Counted from the stretch's first letter, positions 26,683 through 39,495 are shown. The stretch is 64,000 nt of DNA from Octopus vulgaris (GCA_951406725.2 OX597825.1:57164001-57228000); one strand, 5' to 3'. Notes: generated by a model not told the origin, from the sequence alone. Made by a program: numbers and translations.

Positions 26683-28804
26683 ATATATGCACACATCATT
26701 ATCATCACCAATATTTAAGATCAGTTTTTCCTTGCTGGCATGAGCATGAGCTGGACAGTTTGACAACAATTGGCAAAGCTAGGGGCTGCACCAAGTTCTA
26801 AATTCTGTTTTGGCTTTGTTTCTCCAACTGGATACCCTCCCTAATGCCAAACTCTCTACAGGGTGTACTGGGTGCTTTTTACATGGCACCATCATCAGTG
26901 CTTTTTACATGGTACCAGCACCCACACCAATGCTTTTTATCTGGCACCTTGGTTTTGGGATCTCAATTTTGTCATGGTAGGCAGATCTTCTGGAGTACAG
27001 CAATGTGGTACATATCTCGCTCATATATATATATAAACATAAAAAATAAAGTATGTAAAAGTAATAAATTATATGTGTGTGTGAGGAATACTAGGATATT
27101 TGTACTGAAAGTTTGGGAAGTAGAGTATGATGAAAATGGAAATGGTTAAGGGAGTTGTTCCATCTTTTAGTAAGAAAAGGGTTTCTAGTTGTGTTTCATC
27201 AGAACTGATCTGGGGCTACTCTACCACCACCACCATCACCACCACCACCACTACCACCACAACAACAACATCAACAACTGAATGGTTTACTAGGTGTTCT
27301 CAAGACAGTCAAGGTGAAATAATGTACAAAGTTTTCACATTATTGATTAACGAGGATCATATTTTCACCACCATAATCAAAAACATTATTCTATTTATTT
27401 AATTCTTAACATTTTGAAATTATCTTCCCTTTTTTTTCAAGGTTTGTAATAAATGCTACTAGGTGTTTGCTTACCTTCTCCTAATTAGAGACAAATTTTT
27501 TTTCATCTATTCATTAAAATTTGTTTGTGTACATTAAGTATATCACCACCTGCTTGAATTGTGTAAATTCATGTCATTGACTCACTTGAGTTACTTCCCT
27601 TAGCTCAGTTTTGTAATTTTGTGAATTTTTTTACATTGGACAAAAGTTACTTTCAGGGCTATAGGCTTGTTCTTTATCAGAAACACTCCAGCCATAGCCA
27701 TCCCACAAATATTTGATTTTCTTTCATGTATACTGTGCCCCAAAACTGCAATATTATCTAAGGTGTCTGCTTTTTATGATGGTATAGTACAGCTTGATGA
27801 AGAATTAGGCTGCTATTTCTAGCAGATCTGACAACTGTATAGAGGCTTCTTTATTATTATTGTTTTTGTAGTTTGCTGTTGTTGGGGATGGGGGTTGTAT
27901 TAGTGTTGTTGTTATTGTGATTATTGTTGTAGTTGTTGTTGTTATTATTGTTGTTGCTGCTGTTGTTCTTGTTGCTGCTGCGGCTGCTACTGGTATTGCT
28001 GTTGGTAATGTTATTGCAGTTGCTGTTGCTGTAAAACCCTATTTGAAATGTGTTCCTATTCAGCGGGAATGGTTTGGTAAGTGTGAGGATGTGAGGTGGG
28101 TAGATTGAGGAGGGGTGATCATACAGAAAAGAGAGACAGACAAACAGACAGACAGACAGAGGTGGGTAGAAAGACGGGGTGGGGGGGAACATTTGAAAAA
28201 AAGAGTGAGGTATGGGATGGTGCAGAAGATGAGAAAGAAAAAAAGAAAGAAAGAAAAGAATAGAGCAAGTAGGGGAATGGGAAGGGGCAGATATTTAAAA
28301 GAATGAGTGGGTGAGGTGATAGGTGATACAAAAGAAAGAAAGAGAGAGAGAGGGTGAACAGGCAGTTGATAGATGAAAAATAGAGAGAAATAGAAAGATA
28401 GATAGACAGGGAGAGGAGGAGAAGAGTAGCTGACAGAAAGCTGAGGGAGGGAGGAAAAGAATGAAGAAGTAGACTGTTCAAAGAGAAAAAGAGTAGAATG
28501 TTGATAATGGTAGGAGGTAGAGAGAGAGAGAGAGGAGGAGGAGAGCAGAGAGTGTATAGATAGATAAGACAGAGACAGTGTGTGTATAAATGAGGGCGAG
28601 TGGAGGGGGAGGAGACGGATATGAGGGACAGGGTGGGTATGAGAGGTGTAGCAACATAGAATATTACAAACCACGTGCATATGCTCGTGCATACTGACAT
28701 GCATTCACACATGCATGTCTCGCTTCCTCCCCCCCTCTCTCTCTATGTATATATATCTTTAATTCTTTAATTTGTTTTTGCCTTCACAAACAAGGCTATG
28801 AGGA

Positions 28805-29136
28805 GACTCTCTTCAGTCATGAATGACCATGGGATTGCACCTAGAAAGTTACCTTCTGAGGTACAAGTCCGGGCAAGTGTGTTAATGGAAGGCCAGCAGT
28901 TGCCCATGCATACCAGCCTCCCCTATCCACACCACCAATGTTATCCAAGGGAAAGGCAAAGGCCGATACAGCTTGGCACCAATGATGTCGCAACTAACTT
29001 CTACAGCTGAGTTAACTGGAGCAACGTGAAATAAAGTGTCTTGCTCAAGAACACAACATGCAGCCCGGTCCAGGAATGAAACTCACAACCTCCCGATTGT
29101 AAGCTTGGCACACTAACCACTGAGCCATGTGCCTTA
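28805..29136 (-). mobile_element. SINE family C
   Basis: Minus strand AAGGCACATGGCTCAGTGGTTAG...GTGTTCTTGAGCAAGACACTTTATTTCAC; homologous to 52040-52380. Confidence 0.8.
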
Positions 29137-29386
29137 AAATAAGGCTATGCTGCACATTAACATATATACTTGCACATATCTATACATACAGACATACATA
29201 CACTATTAGGCAAATCAAACAGTGAAAAACATAAACCAAAACATAGAAATAAAATTAATTAATATAATATACAAAATATATAAAATATAAAATTCAAAAT
29301 TTAAATTATTTAAATTTAAAGTTAAAATTAAAAAAAAATTTTTTAAATTATTAATTTAAACTTATAAATTTTAATATATATATATG

Positions 29387-29794
29387 TTCTTTTAGTTCTT
29401 TCACTTGTTTCAGTCATTTGACTGTGGCCATGCTGGAGCACCGCCTTTAGTCGAGCAACTCGACCCCGGGACTTATTCTTTGTAAGCCCAGTACTTATTC
29501 TATCGGTCTCTTTTGCCGAACCGCTAAGTTACGGGGACATAAACACACCAGCATCGGTTGTCAAGCAATGCTAAGGGGACAAACACAGACACACAAATAC
29601 ACACGCACACACATATATATATACATATATACGACGGGCTTCTTTCAGTTTCCGTCTACCAAATCCACTCACAAGGCACTGGTCGGCCCGAGGCTATAGT
29701 AGAAGACACTTGCCCAAGGTGCCACGCAGTGGGACTGAACCTGGAACCATGTGGTTGGTAAGCAAGCTACTTACCACACAGCCACTCCTGTGCC
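29387..29794 (-). mobile_element. SINE family A, full-length young copy
   Basis: Close reverse complement of 39847-40250; inserted in (TA)n. Confidence 0.9.
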
Positions 29795-30043
29795 TATATA
29801 TATATATATTTTATTATTTTAATTTTAATTTTTAATTTTTTTACTTTTTATTTTTTTAATTATATATTTATTTTATTTTTTTAATTTTTTATTTGTTTGT
29901 TATAAATATATATAACTATCATACTTTTTATCTTATATTAAACTTTTTGATAGTTATATATATTTATAAAAAAAATAAATAATTAAATAAATATATAAAA
30001 AAATAAAAAAATAAAAAATAGAAATAATAATAAAAATAAAATT

Positions 30044-30097
<54 letters not shown>

Positions 30098-30260
30098 GTT
30101 ATCGCCATACTAATATGGCATTCTTATAAAAATAAGAAAAAAGCTGTCCGCTTATTAGCTCCATGAGGCCATCGCCTTAAGTTAGCTATTTGATACACAA
30201 ACTGTATCCATATAACCTTCGAACAAGGGAGGTCAGTCGCTCCACACTACTTGACCGGCA

Positions 30261-30302
30261 GCTACAGACGCGTTTCGGGGTATTGCCCCTTTTCAATGCA
30301 GC
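30261..30302 (-). ncRNA. Identical inverted copy of the U3-A8 hammerhead motif
   Basis: Reverse complement of 30514-30555. Confidence 0.7.
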
Positions 30303-30513
30303 GTAGCCAGCCAGTAGGTGTTGCTTCCGACAATCTCTGTTTGATGGTTTTATTTACCTAGTTTCAGTGGAATACATCCACTTGTTTTCAATAATAGAAA
30401 TATTAAAATAACTAAGTCTCTCTAAAAGAGAACAGCGGCAGCGTTCCCGGAAAATAATAGTTATCGCCATACTAATATGGCATTCTTATAAAAATAAGAA
30501 AAAAGCTGGCTAC

Positions 30514-30555
30514 GCTGCATTGAAAAGGGGCAATACCCCGAAACGCGTCTGTAGC
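30514..30555 (+). ncRNA. Minimal type-I hammerhead ribozyme motif, U3-A8 core variant
   Basis: GCTGCA | TTGAAAA | GGGG-CAATA-CCCC | GAAA | CGCG | TC | TGTAGC: stem I, core, stem II, palindromic stem III, GUC site. Confidence 0.7.
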
Positions 30556-30776
30556 TGCCGGTCAAGTAGTGTGGAGCGACTGACCTCCCTTGTTCGAAGG
30601 TTATATGGATACAGTTTGTGTATCAAATAGCTAACTTAAGGCGATGGCCTCATGGAGCTAATAAGCGGACAGCTTTTTTCTTATTTTTATAAGAATGCCA
30701 TATTAGTATGGCGATAACTATTATTTTCCGGGAACGCTGCCGCTGTTCTCTTTTAGAGAGACTTAGTTATTTTAAT

Positions 30777-30822
<46 letters not shown>

Positions 30823-31269
30823 TTTATAAGTTTAAATTAATAATTAAAAATTTTTTTTAAATTTTAACTTTAAATTTAAATAATTTAAATTTTGAATTTT
30901 ATATTTTATATATTTTGTATATTATATTAATTAATTTTATTTCTATGTTTTGGTTTATGTCTTTCACTGTTTGATTTGCCCAATAGTGGTTTGATCTCTA
31001 ATTTAATATATATATATTTATACTGTAAAATTAGATTTAATCCTAAATCTAATTTTTCCCTGTAAGTTTGGATTTACTCCCTAATATTATTATATATATA
31101 TATCATATTGGTCTCCCATTTTGTTACAAAGGTTGATTACATTGATCCCAGTACTCCAAAAAGATGACAGGTAAAGTCGATCTTGGCAACATTTGAACTC
31201 AAAATGTAAAGATAGACGAAATGCCACTAAACATTTTACCCAGCATGCAAACAATTCTGCCAGTTTACC

Positions 31270-31311
<42 letters not shown>

Positions 31312-31824
31312 TCCTGCCAAAACATACTACCTAATCCTGCTAAACTCCAATATAAATCTTTACATAATGACTTCTCTCTTTCTTAGTACTTATGAGATCC
31401 AAATTACTTTTACACACACACACACACACATGCACATGCACACGCACACACACACACACAAAACACTTAGAAGAGTTCAAATATGTTTGGGATATATTTG
31501 ACATGTACAAAGGCCTTATTCACTTAAGCAAAAAGTGTTGAAAAACACTAGCAGTGATTTGAAGGCACTCTTTGGAGGAACAGTAGCTTCTTTGGCTACC
31601 ATCAGAACTGCGAGCCACAAGAGAGACCACTCTAGACTTTCACAATGCATACATACATACCCTGTTAATGCTAAAATTCCATTGAAGGAGCCTTGGACCT
31701 AGGTTAGAAACTGGCTCTTTCTCTATTGGTAAGAAATCTTGAAATAAAACGGAATAATGAAAAACATACATACATACACACATGCATACATACACACACA
31801 CACACACGCATACACACAACAAAC

Positions 31825-32158
31825 TAAACTAAACTGGCACTCTGTTGGTTATGATGATGAAAGTTCTAGTTGATCTGATCCACAGAACAGCCTGCTCATG
31901 AAATTAACATGCAAGTGGCTGAGCACTCCACAGACATGTGTACTCTTAACATAATTCTCAAGGAGATTCAGTGTGACACAGAGTGTGACAAGGCTGGCCC
32001 TTTGAATTACAGGTACTACTCTGTTTTGCCAGCTGAGAACACCAGAGCAATGTGAAATAAAGTGTCTTGCTCAAGGACACAACATACCACCAGGAATTGA
32101 ACTTATGATGTTACAATCATAAGTCAAATACCCTAACCACTGGGCCATGTGCCTTCAC
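31825..32158 (-). mobile_element. SINE family C head with a different 3' body
   Basis: Shares the GTGAAGGCACATGGC...TTGAGCAAGACACTTTATTTCAC head and centre with 28805-29136 but has an unrelated tail ending (TTTAG)n. Confidence 0.7.
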
Positions 32159-32287
32159 TACACACACACACACACACACACATACACGCACATTTACATA
32201 CATATGATGAAAGAAATGAATGTCTTCCTTAAATAGATGCAAAATGAAGTGTTCAGTCTTGGTCATGCATACTGCATTTATGAGGTA

Positions 32288-32840
32288 CGAGGGGTGTTCA
32301 TTAAAGATTTCCCCTGACATACTTATCAAGGACTGGGAGAAATGAAACTTGGCATAATTATTAATCCTTCTCTCCATAGCCACCACCAATGGTGACACAC
32401 TTCTCACATTGCTTTAAGCAGCTGTGAAGACCTCGTCTGTAGAAGTCAGTAGGTTGCATCTGGAGCCAAGTCTTTACTTCGGAAATAAGTTCATCATCAT
32501 CTGAAAAGTGCTTCCTCTTCAAAAAAGACTTCATGGTTGGAAAGGGGTGAAAGTCAGATGGTGAGAGGTTGGCAGAGTAAGGGAGATGAGGAAGGATTTC
32601 ATAGCCACAGGACTGTATTTTCATCTGGGCAACATATGCATTATAAACTTGGGCATTGTCTTGGAGGAGGTGGACTCCTTTGGTCAGCATGTCACGCCTT
32701 TCTGCTTTGATACCATCCCACAATTTCTGCAGCAGAGAAGCATAATATACTTCATTAATTGTGGTACCCTTTACCAGAAAATCCATCATCACTACTTTGC
32801 AATGATCCCAAAAGACTGTGAACATCACCTTGCCTATGAA
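32288..32840 (-). mobile_element. mariner transposon 3' fragment
   Basis: TA+CGAGGGGTGTTCA TIR; ORF 32361-32846 with LLQDNA and PYSANLSPSDF; related to 38204-39495. Confidence 0.85.
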
Positions 32841-33671
32841 GGGCATCCAGCTGTGGAAACCATGCCAAAGCAGATTGCAGAGCTTGGACAGTCTTCTAAC
32901 TTGTCAGCTCTTGTGTTGGTTTCTATGGATGGACGCCTTTTCTAACTGCTTTACATAATGTACTGGATGCAGTCTTTTGTGGCATCAACACTATAGTGTT
33001 TGCTTTGCTGTTAGCAAGACTAAAGAGTCCCACAAGTCCTGGGTTGTCATGGTTTAAATCAATTACAAACCACTTATAAAGAGTATTGGGACCTTTTTTC
33101 AAGCACCAGCATTGGCAGGGTCGCCTTGTAGCTTTCAAAACAAAAGAGAGCACTCCATTATGTGTGTGGGGGGTGAGAGAGGGAGGGAGGGAGATAATCA
33201 ACCTCATCAGCATAATGTTTATGCCTACCTTGCAGTGCTGGTACAGGATACATGGAATTGTTTTAAAACAGTACCCGTCCACTTGTCAGTTTTTAATCAT
33301 CCTTTTGTGGCCCAGTAACCTCAAATGAAGCATTACTACTTCTAACCACATCACTAATCATAACCACCATTATTGACATAGTCGTCATCATTGTTGTTGA
33401 AGTTGTTATTATTGTTATTTCTCTACCTAAGTAGCAGACTGGCAGAATTGTGAGAGAGTCAGGTAAAATGCTAAGCAGCGTTTCTTTTGGTTCTTTATCC
33501 TCTGAGTTCAAATACTGCCTTTCATCCTTTTGGAGGTCAATAAAATAAGTACTAATTGAGCAGAGGGGATCAGTGTAACGGACTAACCCTTTCCCCTAAA
33601 ATTGCTGGCCTTGTGCCAAAATTTGAAACCATTATCATTATTAGAGCAGGTAGCTGGCAGAATCATTTGTG

Positions 33672-33890
33672 AAGGCGGCAAGCTGGCAGAAACGTTAGCA
33701 CGTCGGGTGAATTGCTTAGTGGTATTTCGTCTGCCATTACGTTCTGAGTTCAAATTCCACCGAGGTTCACTTTGCTTTTCATCCTTTCGGGGTTGATAAA
33801 CTAAGTACCAGTTATGCACTGGGGTCGGTGTAATCGACTTAATACCTTTGTCTGTCCTTGTTTGTCCCCTCTATGGGCAATAAAGAAATA
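33672..33890 (+). mobile_element. Young SINE family B copy nested in another family B copy
   Basis: 13-bp TSD AGAATCATTTGTG at 33659-33671 and 33891-33903. Confidence 0.85.
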
Positions 33891-35027
33891 AGAATCATTT
33901 GTGTGTTGGACAAAATGCTCCGTGGTGTTTGTTCCAGCTCTTTACCTTTTGAGTTCAAATCCTACAAAGGCCAACATTACTTTCCATTCTTTCATTATCA
34001 TCATCACTTAATGTGTTTTCCATACTGGCATTGATTGGACAGTTTGACCAGAGCTGGTAAGGCCAGGGGTTGCACCAGGTTCCATTGTCTTTCTTTGACT
34101 GGAGTTCCTTCCTAATGCCAGTCACTCCACAGAGTGTACTGGGTGCTTTTTATGTGGTACCCGCACCAGTGCTTTCAACATAACACCAGCACCAGTGTTT
34201 TTTGTTTTTTTTATGTGGTACCAGCACCAGTGTTTTTTAAATTTTTTTTATGTGGTACCAGCACCAGTATCGATTCTGCTGTGGTGGAGGGGACTTCTTG
34301 AGTAGAGCAAGGTGCCAGATATCTTGGTCCTTTGTCATCACCTCTGTAAAGCTCAGTGTCTTGAGAAGGGTTAATTAAAAAAAGAGTACCTGTCAAGTAC
34401 TAGAACCAATGCAATTGACTAACCTCTTTGCTTTAAAATGCCTGACCTTGTGCCATATTTTGAAACAATTATTTTCTTTCTACATCTCTTTTTAATCATC
34501 TCATTCTTATTGCACTTTATTTCCCTGTCCCTTCTTTCCTCACTCACTCATCTTCATGTTCTTCTCTCCCCCTCCCCTCATTCCTCTCAGTCTTACTAAT
34601 CAAGTGTGTCTATAACATGTCTCTAGCCTAATAACACTGATCTATCCTTATGATGTATTCTTATATTGACTAAGTTCAGGGTTATTGATACATTCTACTT
34701 TACACTATTTATCATACCTGTAAATTTTTTATTTTTTGCATATTTTTCTTTACAACTGATGCTGTTTCCTGTTTGCTTTTTACTCTTCTATCAAATAGTA
34801 ATTCCCCCCACACACAGTCACAAACACACTTATTTCACTAATGTACTTCCTCACTTCAATACTTTTGCTGAATAGTTCACTTAACATCCAAATTTCTCTT
34901 CTTTATTATGCTAACTATTTGAAGTGAACAGGGATTCTCTCACATAAATTAACATACATAAGACTTTATGCACTTCCAGCATGAAGTAGTATTAAGCACT
35001 TTTATGTCTTTTCGTTACCACAGTGTT

Positions 35028-35070
<43 letters not shown>

Positions 35071-35073
<3 letters not shown>

Positions 35074-35398
35074 CAGCGTGGAAGGTGTTTGTAAGCCATT
35101 TAAGAAACACACAAAAGCCTTCGATTCACTTCAACATTTAAGTTTAATTTGTCAAAATATTTTCGTCGCTTTAAGACCGTGACCTGTTCACTGACAAAAA
35201 TCCGTGCTGCAGTGAACAGGTCGCAGTCTTAAAGCAACAAAAATATTTTGACAAATTAAACTTAAATGTTGAAGTGAATCGAAGGCTTTTGTGTGTTTCT
35301 TAAATGGCTTACAAACACCTTCCACGCTGCAATTGTTTTCGTTTCAGCACACGATCTCAGATCAAATCACTTGCTATGCAAGTACATCTCCGTAAATA
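35071..35398 (+). mobile_element. Penelope-type fold-back element
   Basis: Inverted arms 35071-35193 / 35210-35332 plus unpaired 3' extension; flanked by (TA)n/(CA)n. Confidence 0.75.
35150..35196 (-). ncRNA. Hammerhead-like motif, G3-C8 swapped core
   Basis: TGTCA | GTGAACA | G-GTCAC-GGTCTTAAA-GCGAC | GAAA | ATAT | TT | TGACA; the other arm supplies GTCGC, giving a perfect stem II in consensus. Confidence 0.55.
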
Positions 35399-35403
35399 TG
35401 TAT

Positions 35404-35472
<69 letters not shown>

Positions 35473-35475
<3 letters not shown>

Positions 35476-36690
35476 GGGCTGGACATAATAATGGAAACAC
35501 CTAGCATCATAGCATCATAATTTTGAAATATATATAAAACTGTCAAAAGCTTGTTTATTTTTATGTTTTTTGATTTATTATTATCTTTTTAAATATCATC
35601 AGAAAAACGTAATTAAAATTCATTAAAATGACAGATCTATCAGACTTTCAAAGAGATCAAATTGTTGGTGCTTGTATGGTAGGTGCTTGCATAATGAAAA
35701 CAGATGAAATGTTTGGTGTATCAAGAAGTACTGTCTTGAAAGTAATGACAGCCTTTGAGAAAGAGGTAAAAACCTCCTCGTCGAAACAAAACTCTGGAAG
35801 AAAACCAAAACTTTTAGATAGGGACTGTAAGACTCTTATGCAAATTGTTTGAAAGGATCACAAAAGTACAGCTCCCAAAATTACTGCTGAGCTTAATGAC
35901 CACCTTGGGAGCCCAGTTTCCACAAAAACTGTTTGCCTGGAGCTGCACAAAGCTGGATTTCCTGGAGGGCTGCAATCAGAAAACTACTACTTTGAAGAAC
36001 AAATGTTGCAAAGCATTTAGGGTGGAGTAAAAACCTACATAATTGGTCCTAGAGCAGTGGAAGAATGTTATTTTCTCGGACGAGTCATTCTTTACTATAT
36101 TTCCGACCACCAGCCGGGTATATGTGTGGAGACAGCCAAAAGAAGCATTTGACCCAGACTGCCTTCTTCCAACTGTTAAACATGGAAGAAGATCTGTGAC
36201 AATCTGGGAAATCTGCTGGCCCAATGGTTTGCCTTCATGGCAGAATTAATAGTCAAGACTATTTAAGCATTTTATCTGATCAAATTCATCCTATGGTTGC
36301 AGAACTGTTTCCAGAGGGAAACGCAATCTTTCAGGATGATAATGCACCAATTCACACAGCTAAAGTTGTTACTGGATGGCACGAGGAACATTCTTATGAA
36401 GCTCAACATCTCATCTAGCCACCACAGTTCCCAAATCTCAGTATTATTGAACATTTATGGTGCATTTTAGAAAAACAAGTAAGGAATCAATATCCTCCAC
36501 CATCATCACTACAAGAACTGGAGACTGTTTTAGCTGAAGAATGGACAAAAATTCCTTTGGAAACAATTCAAACTTTGTACGAGTCCATACCTTGTAGAAT
36601 TCACTGTAATTACTGCCAAAGGAAGTCCTACCCCATATTAAAATAAATTTGTATGAAATTTTAAGGTGATCCATTATTTTGTCCAACCCC

Positions 36691-36692
<2 letters not shown>
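35473..36692 (+). mobile_element. Tc1-family transposon, near full length, decayed
   Basis: TIRs CAGGGGCTGGACATAATAATGGA / TCCATTATTTTGTCCAACCCCT in (TA)n. Confidence 0.9.
35628..36641 (+). pseudogene. Tc1 DD34E transposase, disrupted
   Basis: MTDLSDFQRDQIVG..SGRKPKL, VIFSDES, FQDDNAPIH, PNLSIIEHLW across stops and frameshifts. Confidence 0.9.
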
Positions 36693-36730
<38 letters not shown>

Positions 36731-36994
36731 TATACACATATATACACACACATATATGTATATGCATATATATATGTGTATACATATATATATATATGTA
36801 TACACACATATATATATGTATATATGTATGACAATATATATACATACATATATATATATACATATATATATATAATCAGTTGAATACATAGTCTGGTTTT
36901 CGCATTTTTTTTTTATTGCCTTTAAAAAAAATTTTTTTACTACGTTGAAGTGTGTTAAACATTAAGAAAATATTTTGTAATGTCCATAAAGTTC

Positions 36995-37035
36995 AGTTAT
37001 TGCTTTCATACATTCATAGTAATCATCAGATTTTA
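36995..37035 (-). ncRNA. Degenerate hammerhead motif in the Penelope pLTR
   Basis: Minus strand AAT-CTGATGA-TTACTATGAATGTAT-GAAA-GC; counterpart CTGATTAG...GAAAGC at 39541-39565. Confidence 0.45.
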
Positions 37036-37199
37036 AAATGTATTTAACTGACAGTTGAGTTCTTGACAGCTGTTGTAAAATGGCTGACTTTTTCGTTTTT
37101 ATACCTTTTAGAAGCCTCCAACAAACTGAATTTTTTAAATATATTATTGTTGTTATTTCCGTTATGTACCATGAACATATGATTCATAGAACTCAAAGG

Positions 37200-37890
37200 A
37201 TTTCTGCTCAAGCAAAAATACCCTCTCCTGCTTATAGAAAATAGCATACAATGAGCAAAAGAGATACCTATAGAACAACTCTAGGCAACATGAGAAAGAT
37301 GAACCCATCAATGGAACACAATACTATTTCTAGCAACACACAATGCACATCACCAAATCATTTTTAACATCATTAACGCAAATTTACCAATCATGAAACA
37401 AAGTGAAAAATTAAAGAAACAATAACTAATCAAACACTTATCTTAAGCAAAAGGCAACCACATAACCTAAAGAAACTATTAACAAAGGCAAAATCCAACA
37501 TGAACAAACAGGATAAAACATTCACAGTAACTAAATGTAATGATAACAGATGTGGAACGTGTCAATACATGCATACATGTAGATCCATTAGAACAAAACA
37601 TGGACAGATTTTCGCAAATGTAAATACAAACTGCAAAAGCAGAAATTTGATCTATTGTGAGGAACTATATGTTGGTGAGACAGGGAATGCATTATTGGAA
37701 GGCTCACGAGTCCACAGACAACAAAACCGGAACACTAACGTTTGCCAAATTCCATTGAATAAACATAGAAACATGTGGTCAGAAAATCTTTCTAACTTTT
37801 CCTTTCTTCAAACTACATGACACAAGTGAGATTGGAAGAAAGATAAAAGAAAAACGTTTTATTAAAATGTTTAAACCTGTTCTGAACAGA
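37200..37890 (+). pseudogene. Penelope C-terminus: CxxxxCxxC linker plus GIY-YIG endonuclease
   Basis: KRQPHNLKKLL..KCNDNRCGTC..NCKSRNLIY..LYVGETG..RVHRQQ (ORF 37500-37820 and flanks). Confidence 0.8.
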
Positions 37891-38203
37891 AATAACAACA
37901 ATAATATAACTGCCAGTTAATTATGTGGATTAAAAAATATCTTTAGCATAAGAATATAAACAAATTACAGAAAGCTCCCACCAACTGAAATAAAAACAAT
38001 CGAAACCAAAAAATTTGCTCCCTCATAAATCCATTACATGTAAACCATAAGCTAATTGGTTAAAATAAAGGCAAGATCTATGCCATTAATATTAGTGCGC
38101 CCGGTAATCCATGAGGTTTAAGCTGCATGTGGATTGGTCAAAATCGTATTCGAAAAACTCAGCTTGTTGGAGTCTTCTAAAAGGTATGAAAGGTATGTTG
38201 CTA

Positions 38204-39495
38204 CGAGGGGCGTTCAATAAGTAATGCCCCTGACCCACTTCCCATAGCAGTAGAGCAACAAAACTTGACACAGTTATTAGTCTTTTTCTACGTAGTAACC
38301 ACCCAGAGTTATGCATTTCTCCCATCATTTAATGCAGCTCTGGAGACCGTTTTTGTAGAAGACTCCAGCTTGATTCTCCAACCACGACTTGACTTCAGAA
38401 ATCAAGGCTGCATCATCTGAGAAACACTTTCCTTTCAAAAACAACTTCATGGCTGGGAAGAGGTGAAAATCAGAGGGTGCAAGGTCAGGAGAGTTGGGGA
38501 GATGGGGGAGGAGTTCATAGGTGCACGCCTGTGCTGATGATCCGGCAACACGCGAGTTGTGGACCGGAGCGTTGTCCTGCAGGAGGAGGATGCCTTTGCT
38601 GATCTTGCCCCGCCTCTTGATTTTGATAGCTTCTCTTAATTTCCTCAAAAGTGAAGCATAATAGGCTCCTGTAATTGTGGTACCCTTTGCCAGGAAATCT
38701 GTCATCATTACTCTGTCCTGGTTCCAGAAGACTGTGAGCATGACCTTGCCAACGGAGGGCAGCACCCTTGCCTTCTTTGGAGGAGGTGAGTCACGGTGCT
38801 TCCACTGCATTGACTGGGCTTTGATCTCTGGATCATAGTGATGGACCCAGGTTTTCTCCTGTGTAATCAGTCTTTTGAAAAATTTTGACTCATCTTCTTG
38901 GCACATCTCCAAATTCATCCTTGAGCACTCGACGCATTTTTGCTTCTGGAAAGGTGTGAGCAACCTGGGAATCCATCTGTCAGACACCTTTTGCATATGC
39001 AAATGGTCATGAATGATAGTTTCCACAGACCCGGTACTAATCTTGACCTCATGGGCTATTTGGCGAATAGTTATGCATCAATCTTCCAAAATGGCAGCCT
39101 CAACTTGACGGATAGATGCCCCATCAATGGCAGAAGGGGGCGACCAGATCTGGGAGCTGTTTCCACAGAGTTCCGACCATGTTTGAATTCACGATGCCAG
39201 CGTTTTACAAGGTCATATGATGGGGCATCATCACCATAAGTTACTTTCATTTCATCAAAAGTCTCCCGTGGTGTGCGTCCTTTCAAATACAAAAACCGGA
39301 TCACTGCTTGACACTCAACAGGCTCCATTTCATACTTGACTCAGTTCAAACACCTGTAAATCAGAAACCATAATTAGTTCAGAGCTGTAATTTGCCACTT
39401 AATCTATAGAGATATAAATAATTGCACATGCAAAATTTCAGCTAGATCAAACAACTGCAAGTGGGTCAGGGGCATTATTTATTGAATGCCCCTCA
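38204..39495 (-). mobile_element. Full-length (1292 bp) mariner transposon
   Basis: TIRs CGAGGGGCGTTCAATAAGTAATGCCCCTGACCCACTT / AAGTGGGTCAGGGGCATTATTTATTGAATGCCCCTCA; TA duplication at 38202-38203 and 39496-39497. Confidence 0.95.
38277..39328 (-). pseudogene. mariner DD34D transposase, frameshifted with premature stop
   Basis: ORFs 39071-39328 (HTH, PRSGRP) and 38325-39026 (WIPRLL, LLQDNA, SPDLAPSD). Confidence 0.92.

Larger units (their letters stand above)
30093..30780 (-). mobile_element. Young Penelope-type pseudo-LTR element with partial tandem and inverted pLTR copies
   Basis: 30093-30311 is the reverse complement of 30505-30724; 30399-30508 is inverted at ~30670-30779; (TA)n on both flanks. 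Strand nominal. Confidence 0.75.
29201..31095. mobile_element. AT-rich fold-back element (probably Penelope pLTR-derived) with two nested insertions
   Basis: Outer inverted arms ~29201-29380 / 30815-30988, inner arms ~29800-29920 / 29948-30055, and unpaired 3' extension 30989-31095. Confidence 0.65.

Noticed and set aside
27200-27315. Pro/Gln-rich peptide SGATLPPPPSPPPPLPPQQQHQQ
   Set aside because: Derived from (ACC)/(ACA) repeats, with an in-frame stop right after the only acceptor.
28060-28712. 197-214 aa Ser/Leu/Phe-rich ORFs
   Set aside because: Low-complexity GA-rich tract.
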